A stretch of DNA of 64,000 bases from IMG/VR virus record IMGVR_UViG_3300020048_000012; one strand, written 5' to 3'. The stretch's first letter is position 1. Every line of letters begins with the position of its first letter. This document shows, piece after piece, positions 50,601 through 62,078 of this stretch. The position numbers were made by a program, and so were the translations under genes. A model generated the notes under the pieces. That model was not told the origin of the DNA. It saw only the letters and a list, made by a program, of their open reading frames with translations, and did no database searches. Origin of the DNA: a virus.

Positions 50601-53600
50601 GCTGCTCCACGTATGTAACCATCGGGGTCGTAACGATCTTCCCACGTCTTAATCATGATTTTTCTCCAGTGCAGCACGGGCTTCACGCACCGGGCATGGT
50701 CCATCTTCACAGTCTTCATGCTCTGCGTGCTGGGTGTCTTCCAACAGGTTTTTGAGGGCATCCCGCAGCTTCGCGTTCTCTGCGATCAGCGATTCAATCG
50801 CCTCTGCACACCCACGGTTCAAATAGCTCTCGCATCCCTTTTGATTGTCGTACTTGGGGTTGATGCGGCTGCGAAGATCGGCGGCTAGTTCTTTGGGGGT
50901 CATTCCGTTAATCTCCGTCATAGCAGCCACAATCCATCAACTCCGGGTACTGGTTGCGTTTTTCTCGTCAGTACTTGCCCGCCACAGTAATCACCACTGG
51001 GGTTGAGTGGGCCGTGACTATGAGTACACTCACCTTTGTGCAAATATATGCAAACCCGACAAGCTGACTCAGGTACTAGCATTGGCTGTGAGCCTGCTTG
51101 CACTGGTGCTGCTGAAAGCGCTGCTTTGTAAACACTCTTCATAGTGATACTGCCTTCCAAATATATCCATTACCGTTAGGGTTGCGCTTCTTGAAGACAT
51201 AGCATAGATAATCAAACACGGTCCGGTCGCGGTTGAATTTGTGCTTACGTTGTCGCTGGGTCATAGTGATGCTCCATTGATGCCGTGGGCGGCTTCGGTG
51301 GCACGGGCGGCTTTTCGCATGGACTTGCTATCCACAGGGCAGTACGGATTGTTTGTACTGAACGTCTTTTCGCGCAACTTTTCAATCTGCTCATCCGTCA
51401 GCGGCTTGCGCTCTTGTGCTTGCACTGGTGCTACTCGTAGTGACATAAATGGCCCTTCAATCTCCCACTTGTTTCCCTCGTGCATATCTTCAAAACCGTA
51501 GGCATAACCTTGCTTATCAAGCCTGGAAAGTCGCTCCGCATCAGCCTTGGCCGCATCACGCTCTGCCGTCATTGCCTGCAGCGACGCGGTGAGGTGTTGT
51601 GTCTCATCGGCTGCGTATTGGCGCATTTGGGTGTCGGTGTAGCCCAAAGTGCCAAGCTGTGTCATAAACATTGGATTTGGTAGTGGTGTTGTCATTTCAT
51701 TTCCTTTTCATCAAAATCATCGAACACAATTTTAGCTTTAACCACTTGAATCTTGCCACTACGACAATACGCTTTCCAAATATCGCCCGATTCTTCACCT
51801 TCACCGGTTAACGTAAATAATGTGCCAATATGGTTTTTAGAAAGAGTTCTCATATCTTTTGCCCAATCATACCATTTTGCATCATAAATCATAAGATCTT
51901 CATCGAAACTGTAACTAGAAATTTCCGATAGTTCCTTTGCAAGTTCTTCGTTATCCAGTGTGTGATTATCGTGATCAAGACTATAGTCAGTGCAATATCC
52001 CATAATTATTCCTTAGTGTGTTCAGTATCTTCTAGATGTTTAAGCTCATTGTATTCCTTATAGGTCAATGGCGGGTGGCCCTGTGCTTCTCGTCGTAGGT
52101 AGCACTCTGGGCACTCGTGGTGCTGGCAAGTGCATGCTTCTGTATACCACCCCGAGGTTGTTGTGTCTAAGCTCATGAGCGTCTTGCCTTTTGTTTTGCT
52201 TTCTTAGACGCCTTTTGTTTTTCTCGTCGTTTAGTCTTTCCATTCTTTGGACCAGAACTACGAGGACTATAATCACTGTAGTCACGCCGAGGGGCCAAAC
52301 TCATAGATGCAGCAACAGCCGCAGCAATCATTAACGTCGATTTCTCAGTCATTATTTGACTCCTTTAAACAAGACGAAAAGCGACAGCACTAAGACCGAT
52401 CGCCAACATCACAGGAATGAATTTAAAAACCAATCCTGAGCTGATGGTGTTAGTGTTGACGATACACGCCATAAGCAATGAATAAACAGCAGGGAGAAGA
52501 ATAAGAATGGTATGAGTGTCGAATTGCATGCTAGATCCTTTTGATTTGATAAATCTATTATACCATAAAATCTAATTAATGTACACCGTTATTTTACATC
52601 TAATGTGAATGGCGCGCTCAAGAAAACACCGTACCACCCACCAAGTACTGCTGCATTGAAAGCAAGATTCAACAATTTATCACCAACTGTGTTTGGTACA
52701 CCTCCGATATTATATTTCCCTAATGTATTAAAAGAAATAAGTGCTGATGCTGCAGTAAAATACAGCATAATTACAACATAAACTATCCATCCAAATACCG
52801 CCATCATTTGCAACGCTCCATTAAATCTTTATGACGTTTATCGACTTCTTTCATGTGATCATCTAACTTCTTCTGAGAGACATTACGATCCATCTTTGCG
52901 GATTGCCAGTTATCCCACAGTTCTAGTGCAGTAGATCCTTTTGAAAGAACTAACCCTTTGTATAATACTTGTTTCATTCTTTTAACTCCACAGTTTCATT
53001 TCGAAATACCAATTCGCATTTAGGATTTCCTTCAACATCAGTTTTCCAGTAAATGTCGCACAACATTTTACCAGTTTTCTTTTCTACAACTTCCTTCAAC
53101 AGGGCAAAAATTTGAGCAGCGTCTAAATTAGCCGATACGTTATAATCAATTTTCATTCGTTAACTCCAAAATGTTTCTTAATCAATGCTTGTGCAGTGTC
53201 AATAGTTTGAGCACTTATTTCTCGACCGGCAATAGCATCAAGGCGACGCATTTCTGTCTGCAACGTCTTGACGCATTCCAAAACAATCAACTCGGCGAAC
53301 TTTTCTCTATCAAACATTGGTCCAGTAACAGTCCATTTTGGGTCTATGCATTGACTCTCAAGTTCTTCAATCCTTTCATTCATTCGTTAACTCCAAAATG
53401 TTCTATAATATCCGATTCGATCATTGAGCATGTTTCATCTACATTCCATTCATCATCCATAGCAATGTTATTTTTCTCTGCAATGATGACTATACATTCC
53501 TTAATAATCAACTCAGTTAACTTTTCCGAATAAACTTCCATAAAAGATGATAGTGCATTGGGAGTACCTACTCCTGCATTATTGTACGCTTTAAAAGCAA

Positions 53601-55556
53601 GTTCTTTAATTCGTGTGTTCATTACATATAATCCTGTGGAGTGTCGAGTGGATCTGGGTATTTTGGTTGTGTATCTAACCACTGAAAGAATTTTATCAGA
53701 CAATATACACCAACAATAAACTGAATCATTTCAATAAGCACTGTTTACTCCTTGAAATGTTCTATCACTGCTTTGGCAACATCTTGGTAGGTGTTTTGTG
53801 GTAGATTATTGGCCACTATCTGCATCGTTTCTTTTACAATCAACTCGGTGAACTTTTTCATCTCAGGAGTCAAATATTCTACACGTAACGGTCCACAATT
53901 TGACGATGGTACATATCGGTGTCCAGCCTGTTTAGCAAGTTCTTCAATTCGTTCGTTCATTATAAGTCCTTATCTGCTATATGTTTGTATTTACTTGAAT
54001 TCCAGAAGTTCTTTGCAATGTGCTTGAACTTTATTATAAGGCATATCAGAATACTTTGCCACGCATTTAGCTTGATACTCAGTGCTAGAATCTGCGAGTC
54101 CACCAGCATAACCGCAAAAGCCACACACAAATATAATAACAATACTAAGAATAAAGTTAATCATAATTATACTCCAAAATACATACGAATCCACTTTTTA
54201 TCCTCTTCGTAATACCAACTGTTTTCACCTCGACCATAACAACACTCGTCAACTTCTTTGAGTGTTTCTTCGACGATCGATTTGGCGAAATGCATCATTT
54301 GTTCTTTAGTGTACAGTTCTCGATCTGGATACGGAAATGTCCAAGGTGTTGGCATCAATTCTTTAATTCTGTTCATTTTATTATTCATCGTATTCTTTAT
54401 AATGATATTCGCAAATGTCGCAAATTAAATTAAATGGATGACGATGAATTGATATAGTATCAGGCAAAACAAACCAAAACGAATCCCAAAACGATACAAT
54501 CCTAGATGCATCCTTAGTGTTTCTTAGTTCATCTAAATCCACAAATTCATTTTGATCCACGGATGTGAAAAATAAGTCTACATAGTAATCATTATGTAAT
54601 ACTTCATTAGTACACAAAGTGTGCATTAGAACTAAATCTTCAATTCTATTCATATTAAACTCTTTTATTCCATGCGTCAATACATTCTTGTTTAGAGTCG
54701 CCCGATAATTCAATACCACATCCTCCTGTAGTAGTAGGGCAATGCATACTCCAACACCATTGATGTTTGGGGACTTCTTTGTATGAGTGATAAGATCTAA
54801 ATCCCTCTCCTCTATCTTTCCAACCAGACCCATTTGGGTACAAAGTATCACCATCTTCCAAATCTACTTTATGACCACAGAATGGACATGGTTTCATTCT
54901 TTAACTCCGAAGTGTTCTTTAATTCTATTTCTGATACTGAGAGAAATATTATCTTCTTCTTCATTTTCTATTGTATAGAAGACCTGCTCAACACATTCTC
55001 GAATAATTAACTCAACAAGTTTATTAGCTCGACCAGCAAGTTCAGGTGCAGCATATCCAGCGTTAATCATCAATTCACGAATTCGTTTATTCATTCTACT
55101 TTGATCTCGGTAATAGTAAATTTATATGGACAGTCGTAAACAATTTGATTATTACTGTCGGTTGTATATGCTTTGATCTCACTTAATTTATGTTTTTCAG
55201 CTTCTTCGCGCGTCCAAAACAATCCACTGAATTCCCAGTCTTCTCCACTGTCGATTCTAACGCCTGTGAGTTTATATACTTTCATAGTTGTTCAACGTCA
55301 TCAAGAGGCACAGTGAAGAATGGAGTCCCACCACTTGGATCAGTCGTCATATTAACATGATAAACACCAGTGACGATGATGTCGTCTCTAGCGAGGCCAT
55401 AGTCATACCCATTGTATTCGTACACAATTGTTCCTGCTTTATATTCAAAGCGATCTACTAAGAGTTTATAAGACAATTTCATTAAGTGCTTTCCATTCAT
55501 TTTGATAATTTATTATATCATAAAATCTAATTAATGTACACCGTTTAATGTAATGA

Positions 55557-55588
55557 AAAACCGTAGCACTATTAAAATACTACGGTTT
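55557..55588 (-). terminator. Intrinsic terminator
   Basis: AAACCGTAG/CTACGGTTTTT. Confidence 0.75.
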
Positions 55589-55595
55589 AAACTGA

Positions 55596-56660
55596 TTACT
55601 TAGGAATGACTAACTTCTGACCAACCGCAATGAAGTTGGGGTTAGCAAGATTATTTCGAGATTGAATATCGACATATCGCATCTTATCGCCGAGTTGTGT
55701 CTGTGCAATCGTACTTAGCGTATCACCTTTCAACACAATGTAACTAACCTCACCGGAACTTGCTCGACGAACTGAAGCAGTCTTATCACTCATAAAGTAA
55801 GTCTTCAACATTTCAGGATATTCAGGTGTGTCCATCGCTTTGCGGATTGCAGAGTTCAATGCTACAAGCAATTCTTTATCGCCTTTACGAACACCAATTC
55901 GATACTGAATATCAGATCCTTTAATCTTAGTAATAGCAAACTGTAGATCGGTTCCGGCGACTTCAGCGACAGCAAATGGATAGTCATACATCACAGCATC
56001 GACAGTCTTAGACTTAATGTGACCGACAATCCACTTACCATCAGCATCGGCTTTATCAGACAGTTCAATAATCTTTACTCCTGGGAATGCTGTTTCAGCA
56101 AATGCTCGAGCATCAGGATCACCTTTCAGTACACCAAGTTTACCACCAGCAAGATCAGCAGCGCTATTAATAACCTGACCTTGAGAGGTGATCAAGCTAT
56201 AGCCAAAGTCTTTTACATAAGGAATGGTGTAAACAACTCCTGGAAGATCATCGTCATTAAAAGTTAGACCATCAATTGCGATATCAACGGTTTTATTAGA
56301 CAACAATTCTTGTGGTACATTTTCATAAGAATTTACATTGGTAGATGTATCAACTTTAATCGAACCTTTAAATTCACTCTGATCAAACAAAATCTTCATA
56401 AAGTCTACGTTGAAACCTTTTGGTCGACTACCATCAGAAGAATAAAATGGCTTAGATGGATTTTGAACTACAACATGTACTGTACCATTGTCGATAATTC
56501 GTTGAAGAGATCCACTCGGAGTCTTATCACTTTGCACAGATGGTTTCTCGGCAGGTTGAGTTACAGTGGCATCAATTACTGCTTTTGTACTCTTATCATA
56601 AAAGTAACCACCAGTCACGAGAGCGATCAAGAAGACCACAGACATAATAATATTTTTCAT
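55596..56660 (-). CDS. Amino-acid-type substrate-binding protein fused to a C-terminal LysM domain
   Basis: N-terminal TM; GFNVDF, VDIAIDGLT, YTIPY; YIVLKGDTLSTIA...N.L.NPN.I.VGQKL.IP. Confidence 0.85.
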   Translation of the reverse strand: MKNIIMSVVFLIALVTGGYFYDKSTKAVIDATVTQPAEKPSVQSDKTPSGSLQRIIDNGTVHVVVQNPSKPFYSSDGSRPKGFNVDFMKILFDQSEFKGSIKVDTSTNVNSYENVPQELLSNKTVDIAIDGLTFNDDDLPGVVYTIPYVKDFGYSLITSQGQVINSAADLAGGKLGVLKGDPDARAFAETAFPGVKIIELSDKADADGKWIVGHIKSKTVDAVMYDYPFAVAEVAGTDLQFAITKIKGSDIQYRIGVRKGDKELLVALNSAIRKAMDTPEYPEMLKTYFMSDKTASVRRASSGEVSYIVLKGDTLSTIAQTQLGDKMRYVDIQSRNNLANPNFIAVGQKLVIPK

Positions 56661-56881
56661 TTTAATTTTCCTTTATTTGTTAACTGATACAGAAAGACAT
56701 ACTTGTTGGTTTAATGAATTCACCCCGTCCATTGCACATGCCACCACTTGTGGGTTAGCGCCTTTGCTAACCATTTCTGACATTGCTGCATATTTGCGAA
56801 CGTGTGTGTAAGTGATACCGCCAATTACTCCCAGCAATAGTACCACAATACATACAACCGATGCCACAGATGTTTTATCCA

Positions 56882-57655
56882 TTATACATTCACTTTCTGA
56901 GTTACGTTAGTTTCAATTTCAAGGACAGGACTAGCATTATTTTCAATCATTTGGGCTTGCTGCACTTCCTTATTATCAAGGAGAGCTGTTTCCATTTCAG
57001 CGAACGCTTTGTTCATCGAAGTCATCACGCTATTAATAGCTGAATCTGCTTTGATTTTCTCAAATGGATCTCCAAGTTCGACACCAGCAAGTTTATTCAT
57101 CTTCTGTGCAGCTTGTGACATTTTCCACATTGCTTGAGCTCGCTTGATCGCCGAATCAAAGTTATCGAGTTCAGCCTGCAGTTGCTTATATCGACTTTCT
57201 CGGAATGTCAATAGCTTATTCATTGCATCAAGCTGAATCTTAAATCGATCAACATCTTCTGGATACTCTTTTGCAAATCCTGCGATCTGATCTGCGAAAT
57301 TCTTCACTTCAGTTCGAAACATTGTAATTGCAGTTCGAAACTGATCAGACGCAAGTCGCTTTTCTTGACTCTGTTGAATCAAAGTCTCAATAGGATTAAT
57401 TGCAGCAGCATTAGAAACCTTTTCGATATTCTCAACTCGTTCTGCGTCAATTGCTCGATTTTTCATGTTTGCAGCTTTCAATGCTAGCACAGGAGCTGCA
57501 TTAATACCAACAAGACCAATTCCAGCAGCTAGAGCAATACCAACCATTCCCGATACAGCTAACCAAGCAACAGGAGCAAGAACTGCTACAGCAACAATTG
57601 TGATGCCCCATTTGATCATCGAGATCTTACGTTGCTTTTGATCTTCATTTTCCAT
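56882..57655 (-). CDS. Membrane-anchored coiled-coil protein (PspA-like architecture)
   Basis: Two N-terminal TM helices followed by a long heptad region. Confidence 0.7.
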   Translation of the reverse strand: MENEDQKQRKISMIKWGITIVAVAVLAPVAWLAVSGMVGIALAAGIGLVGINAAPVLALKAANMKNRAIDAERVENIEKVSNAAAINPIETLIQQSQEKRLASDQFRTAITMFRTEVKNFADQIAGFAKEYPEDVDRFKIQLDAMNKLLTFRESRYKQLQAELDNFDSAIKRAQAMWKMSQAAQKMNKLAGVELGDPFEKIKADSAINSVMTSMNKAFAEMETALLDNKEVQQAQMIENNASPVLEIETNVTQKVNV

Positions 57656-58170
57656 AATATATATTTCCTTTAATCAATTTTATGTGTTAACTTTAATTCC
57701 AGTTCGCTTTTCGATACCATTAGCGACATCCAAAGGGTTTACGTGACCTTCACATCCAATCATCACTCCTTTAAAACATTCGATTGCAACGAGTTGAGCG
57801 AACTTATCGAATAACTGATTCTCAAAATTTCTAAAATCCATGATCATTAGACACTGAGTTTCTTCTACAGCCCTTTGAGCCAATTCTTTAATTCGATTAT
57901 CCATCACCAGCTCACATTCAGATAATTTCCATCGCGTTGATCGTCAATGACTTCTACGCTATACCCGAGATGTCTCAAGCGTTTTACTATAATTTGATCA
58001 GTCCTTGTCGATGAGATTGCACCTTTTCCCTTTAATGCAGCATGTCGAATGTCATCCAGAATTCGAGTAGTTTCTTCCCGCATATACTCTCCTTCTAATG
58101 AATGTGCTTCTTCATAGAGTTTCCTTGCATCTTGAGCAGTGAGATAATTTTCTTTAGTCATGGTATTCAT

Positions 58171-59082
58171 TTACAAAAATTTACGGATCCAGGCAAGTCG
58201 TTGTTGTTCATCCATCGCAGTGTATTCTACGATATTTTCACGGATGTGGTCAAGTAGAGGATAGTACTCTTCGTCGATCTGCTCTTTAAATTCTTTCGTC
58301 AGCAGTTTGTCGGTGCGAGGATTACGAGCCATCCACTTGTTGACCAAGTAGAATGGAGACTTGATCTTCGCAGACACTCCATCTTCAGTATAGAACACAA
58401 ACCCCTCGTGTTGAACAGTCTTTGATAACTCAACAAGTTGACCCATTGTCGTCATCATACATTCTGCGTAATAGCATTTCAAAATAGACAGCGCGAAAGA
58501 AACATACCATTGAAGTCGAGTGTTACCAAAAATGCTCTCAACTTTTGAATCCCAGGCATTTTCGCGATATCCAATAAAATACAGTCCTGCATCTTCTGGC
58601 ACAATATGAGGATCAGATGCGTGACAACATTCAAACATCAATGTGTAACCCGATGATGACAACAGAGCGTTCTTCCATTCTTCGATTGGAGCATGTTTAA
58701 GCATCATCTCCTTAGCATAACCAACGTAATCGCTATCCATCGATCCTGTAGTAGAAACGAGAATGTCGTTATCGTACCAAGTCATTGCGACCATAAAGCC
58801 ATTGATCTTTCGAAATGCAGCGATAGGCGTATCGCTATCGATCTTTGGAGATTTTTCTTCCACACCATAGTTGTAGATTTTTGTGAACGGGCGAGACACG
58901 ACATTAAAGTCTTTGTCGACAATCGTGCCACGACATTCTTCAAGGAAGTCATTCCACAAAGAATCAAAGAAAACTCGCTTTTTGTACTTAAGCACAAACA
59001 GACCTGGGTAAGCAGGCGACTCGCGCATCGATACCAAGGATGGATTTTCTTCAACGTATTTTTTAATTTCTAATTTGTTCAT
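58171..59082 (-). CDS. rnlA: RNA ligase 1 (Rnl1 family)
   Basis: ECRG.I.D...SRPFTKIYN, KINGF, STTGS, FE, EGFV, KIKS..Y. Confidence 0.85.
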   Translation of the reverse strand: MNKLEIKKYVEENPSLVSMRESPAYPGLFVLKYKKRVFFDSLWNDFLEECRGTIVDKDFNVVSRPFTKIYNYGVEEKSPKIDSDTPIAAFRKINGFMVAMTWYDNDILVSTTGSMDSDYVGYAKEMMLKHAPIEEWKNALLSSSGYTLMFECCHASDPHIVPEDAGLYFIGYRENAWDSKVESIFGNTRLQWYVSFALSILKCYYAECMMTTMGQLVELSKTVQHEGFVFYTEDGVSAKIKSPFYLVNKWMARNPRTDKLLTKEFKEQIDEEYYPLLDHIRENIVEYTAMDEQQRLAWIRKFL

Positions 59083-59565
59083 ATCAGTTGTTTGCGTCAA
59101 TACCAAGAGATGCGAGGTATTCGACAAGACGCTGCCTTTGATCTTGCAACGCCTGAACCACGATGTCTCGATCAAATTGCACTTCAGATTTGATTTCGCC
59201 ATTTCGAAAAAAACGTGTATGCAGGACTTTGCTTGTTTTCAGAGTAAGTCTTGATCATCGCGTCCATAGTGGACAGCGCTTCCAGAGTTTTGTTCAGGTT
59301 ATATAGAGCAGTAGAATTGTATTTGAGTGAGATCATATCAAATCCTTAGTTAAAGAAACCGCCCCAATACAGAAGGCCAATCTCAAGTGCTGCAGCAAAG
59401 GCCCAAGTAAAAAAGTTGTGAGTACCTTTTGGCGAACCGTGTCCGAGCAATGTAATAGTTCCACCGATAGCAATAAGAACAATCATTGTGATTTGAGGAG
59501 CGTTCATTTTGATTCCTTGTTTTGATAGATTAATTATACCACAAGATCTAATTAATGTACACCGT

Positions 59566-59895
59566 TTATCGCCGCATACTAGCTGCAGCAATGGCATCTT
59601 CTTGAGAAAATACTGGTTGTAGACATGATTTATGCAGAATTGTGATGCCAATCATCTTTGAACCGGTGTAAGACTTTGTGTCTTGCTTTGCAGTAGATCC
59701 ACCTTCAGTTACTTTTGAAGGAAGTTTCTTAGTTTCACGTTCAACGTAACCAGACTTTACAGGGGAAGCAATAGTCAATTTGACATGTTTCTTTGCAAAT
59801 TTTGGGTAAGATTCGTCTTTTTTACGAGGAGTATAATCAATCATTTTCGTATCGAACAAAGTATGCGGTTGACGATGAAAAACGGCACGTTTCAT
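59566..59895 (-). CDS. Hypothetical protein of T4-like phages
   Basis: YTG.KMIGI..LHKS...PVF motif. Confidence 0.7.
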   Translation of the reverse strand: MKRAVFHRQPHTLFDTKMIDYTPRKKDESYPKFAKKHVKLTIASPVKSGYVERETKKLPSKVTEGGSTAKQDTKSYTGSKMIGITILHKSCLQPVFSQEDAIAAASMRR

Positions 59896-60247
59896 CTAAA
59901 CGATGTGCTTCTTCCCAAGCATCTTCTTCAAGATCAAACCCTACGACAAAGTATGTAACCCATTCAAAAACGACCCATTCACGTTTGTACACATTCCACA
60001 TATTATTCTCCATGAATCATTACAAATACTTTACCTGCATTAATTGGATACACTGCTCGATCTTCTTCACTATTATACGAACACACATAACATGATTCAA
60101 TGTCAACTGGCCTCATAGTCATGTAGGTTTCATGATATTTGGACACTTCGACACCACACTCTACTTCAGCTTCTGGAGGAAGAGTCTTCATCCATTCAAT
60201 CATTTGTGCAACTGTTGTCATTACATATTCCTTGATTTGATCAGTCA

Positions 60248-60277
60248 ATTATACCACAAGATCTAATTAATGTACAC
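60248..60277 (-). promoter_or_regulatory. Early promoter at the strand switch
   Basis: GTGTAC-N18-TATAAT. Confidence 0.8.
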
Positions 60278-60424
60278 CGTGTTGCGCAATCTCTTAAGTG
60301 GCAAAATATGTCAAATTGTGTATCAATTATGCGTAATTGTGTACTTTAGAATACAATATACTTCAATATAAGTTAATATGGAGCTATAAGTTCTATATAC
60401 TTATAACACAGGGGACAAAAATAA

Positions 60425-61075
60425 ATGAAGAAGCATGTAACGTTCGTACTACCATTAGAAGAATCTAATGAATTATTAAATTTAGTCTATGACATGAAAA
60501 TAGACGTAACCAGAGTCAAATCATTACCAGAATTGTATCCATTATTATTCAATTCTAATTTTCGCACAGACATGATCATATTAGATATTAGAATGCTATA
60601 CGATCAACCAAATGTGAATTGTTTTTGCATTATCGAAACATTTTTAACTTTGATTAGGATGTATCAAGAAGATCGTCGTATCGTAGTTGGAATAAGCGCA
60701 TGTGTTAATACAGATCCATATCAATTGCGTGAAATATATGGCACGCAAATAAATGGATTTATTCCTTATGGACGAGGAACGCAACTTGAAGAAAAGTATA
60801 CTGCAATAAACGACATAATGGCTGGAAATAGGCATCTGCCAAAAAAGATCAGTTTTTTAATGAATAATACGAAAAAATACGCAAAGATAGTAAATGAAGA
60901 TCTTACGTTTCGACAAAAACAAATTTACACATTAATTCGAGAGCAGGGACTTTGTAATAAAAGTATTGCCCGATTGTTGAATATTAGCGAATCAGCAGTA
61001 AAGGCGCACTTAGGCAGAGTATTCAAAAAATATGATGTTAAGAATAGAACTCAATTAGCTCTTGTGAATAGATGA
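60425..61075 (+). CDS. LuxR/NarL-type regulator with degenerate receiver domain
   Basis: LTFRQKQI..LI..GL.NK.IA..L.ISE..VK.HL..VFKK..V.NRTQL; DMIILDI. Confidence 0.88.
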   Translation: MKKHVTFVLPLEESNELLNLVYDMKIDVTRVKSLPELYPLLFNSNFRTDMIILDIRMLYDQPNVNCFCIIETFLTLIRMYQEDRRIVVGISACVNTDPYQLREIYGTQINGFIPYGRGTQLEEKYTAINDIMAGNRHLPKKISFLMNNTKKYAKIVNEDLTFRQKQIYTLIREQGLCNKSIARLLNISESAVKAHLGRVFKKYDVKNRTQLALVNR

Positions 61076-61189
61076 CACCATAGTATACAGTATACTTTTT
61101 ACTACATAAAAATGGCCACTTTTCTACTAAATATTTTCGAATAAGAGAAATTTAACTCTTGTTTAAGTATTAACACAAGGAGAAATAAA

Positions 61190-62011
61190 ATGGCAGAATT
61201 AGACACATATACGTTAGCAAATCAGCATGCTGACATTCGACGTGAAGGCGCTGAACATGCAGCCGAAATTCGTTATGATGTTGCAACTAAAGCTGGCGAT
61301 ATTCGACATGAAACTGCAGTTGGATTCGACAAAACAGGTGATCTTGTCTCATCAATATCAAGTGACATTCGTCTTGAGCAACAAAAACAGGCGTTTGAAT
61401 TAAGTCGTCAAAGTGGCGCTGAATCAAGTGATATCATTAAAGAGGGTCTTAAAAGCACTCATGAGGTATTCGCTGCAGTGCGTGACAATCGGTATGATCT
61501 AGCTAGTCGCATCGAGAATGCAGCAGATCGCACTGAACGTGGCATTACAGAAAATCGTCTAATGACAGCAGATCGTTTCTTTGCAGTTGGACGTGATTTA
61601 GCTTCGCTCAGTCAAGGGCAAGTATCATTGTCTAAAGACATTGAATTAAATTCGCTTAAGGGTCAACTAGATGCTAAAGCAAATACTCAGTATATCACTG
61701 ATAAGGTTGTAGCAGACGGTGAGAAGACTCGTGGTCTCATTCAAGATCTCAAATATCATGACATGAATCGTAGTTTAGTTGAGCGCAACACGGCACTAAT
61801 CAATTCTGAACAAGATCGTCATCACTATCGTGATCGCTGGATGGATGGTAGATTTGATCAAAGTCAAGTTCAATACGCTGCTCAATTTGCACAATTGCAA
61901 AATCAAGTCCAAGCATTTGCTAGTCAATTGCAAGAGACTCGTCAAGGTATGGTTAACTTTGGCACAATGGCGGGTGTTGGTCAAACTAGCACAAGCAACA
62001 ACGTAAGATAA
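61190..62011 (+). CDS. Coiled-coil protein of unknown function
   Basis: Strong RBS; DGEKTRGLI motif; Q-rich C-terminus. Confidence 0.8.
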   Translation: MAELDTYTLANQHADIRREGAEHAAEIRYDVATKAGDIRHETAVGFDKTGDLVSSISSDIRLEQQKQAFELSRQSGAESSDIIKEGLKSTHEVFAAVRDNRYDLASRIENAADRTERGITENRLMTADRFFAVGRDLASLSQGQVSLSKDIELNSLKGQLDAKANTQYITDKVVADGEKTRGLIQDLKYHDMNRSLVERNTALINSEQDRHHYRDRWMDGRFDQSQVQYAAQFAQLQNQVQAFASQLQETRQGMVNFGTMAGVGQTSTSNNVR

Positions 62012-62039
62012 TCGATTGCCATCGACTTACTAAACCATA

Positions 62040-62066
62040 GGCGAGCCCAAAAAGCTCGCCTTTTTT
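62040..62066 (+). terminator. Intrinsic terminator
   Basis: GGCGAGC-loop-GCTCGCC-TTTTTT. Confidence 0.8.
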
Positions 62067-62078
62067 CGAGGCATAATT

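Noticed and set aside
102-60000. Most plus-strand ORFs in the track (e.g. 3985-4374, 16022-16450, 35364-35948, 49980-50618)
   Set aside because: Antisense shadows of well-supported minus-strand genes, with no RBS or motifs.
6947-60277. CRISPR-like interpretation of the dispersed repeats
   Set aside because: The repeats are kilobases apart, not a repeat-spacer array, and no cas genes are present.
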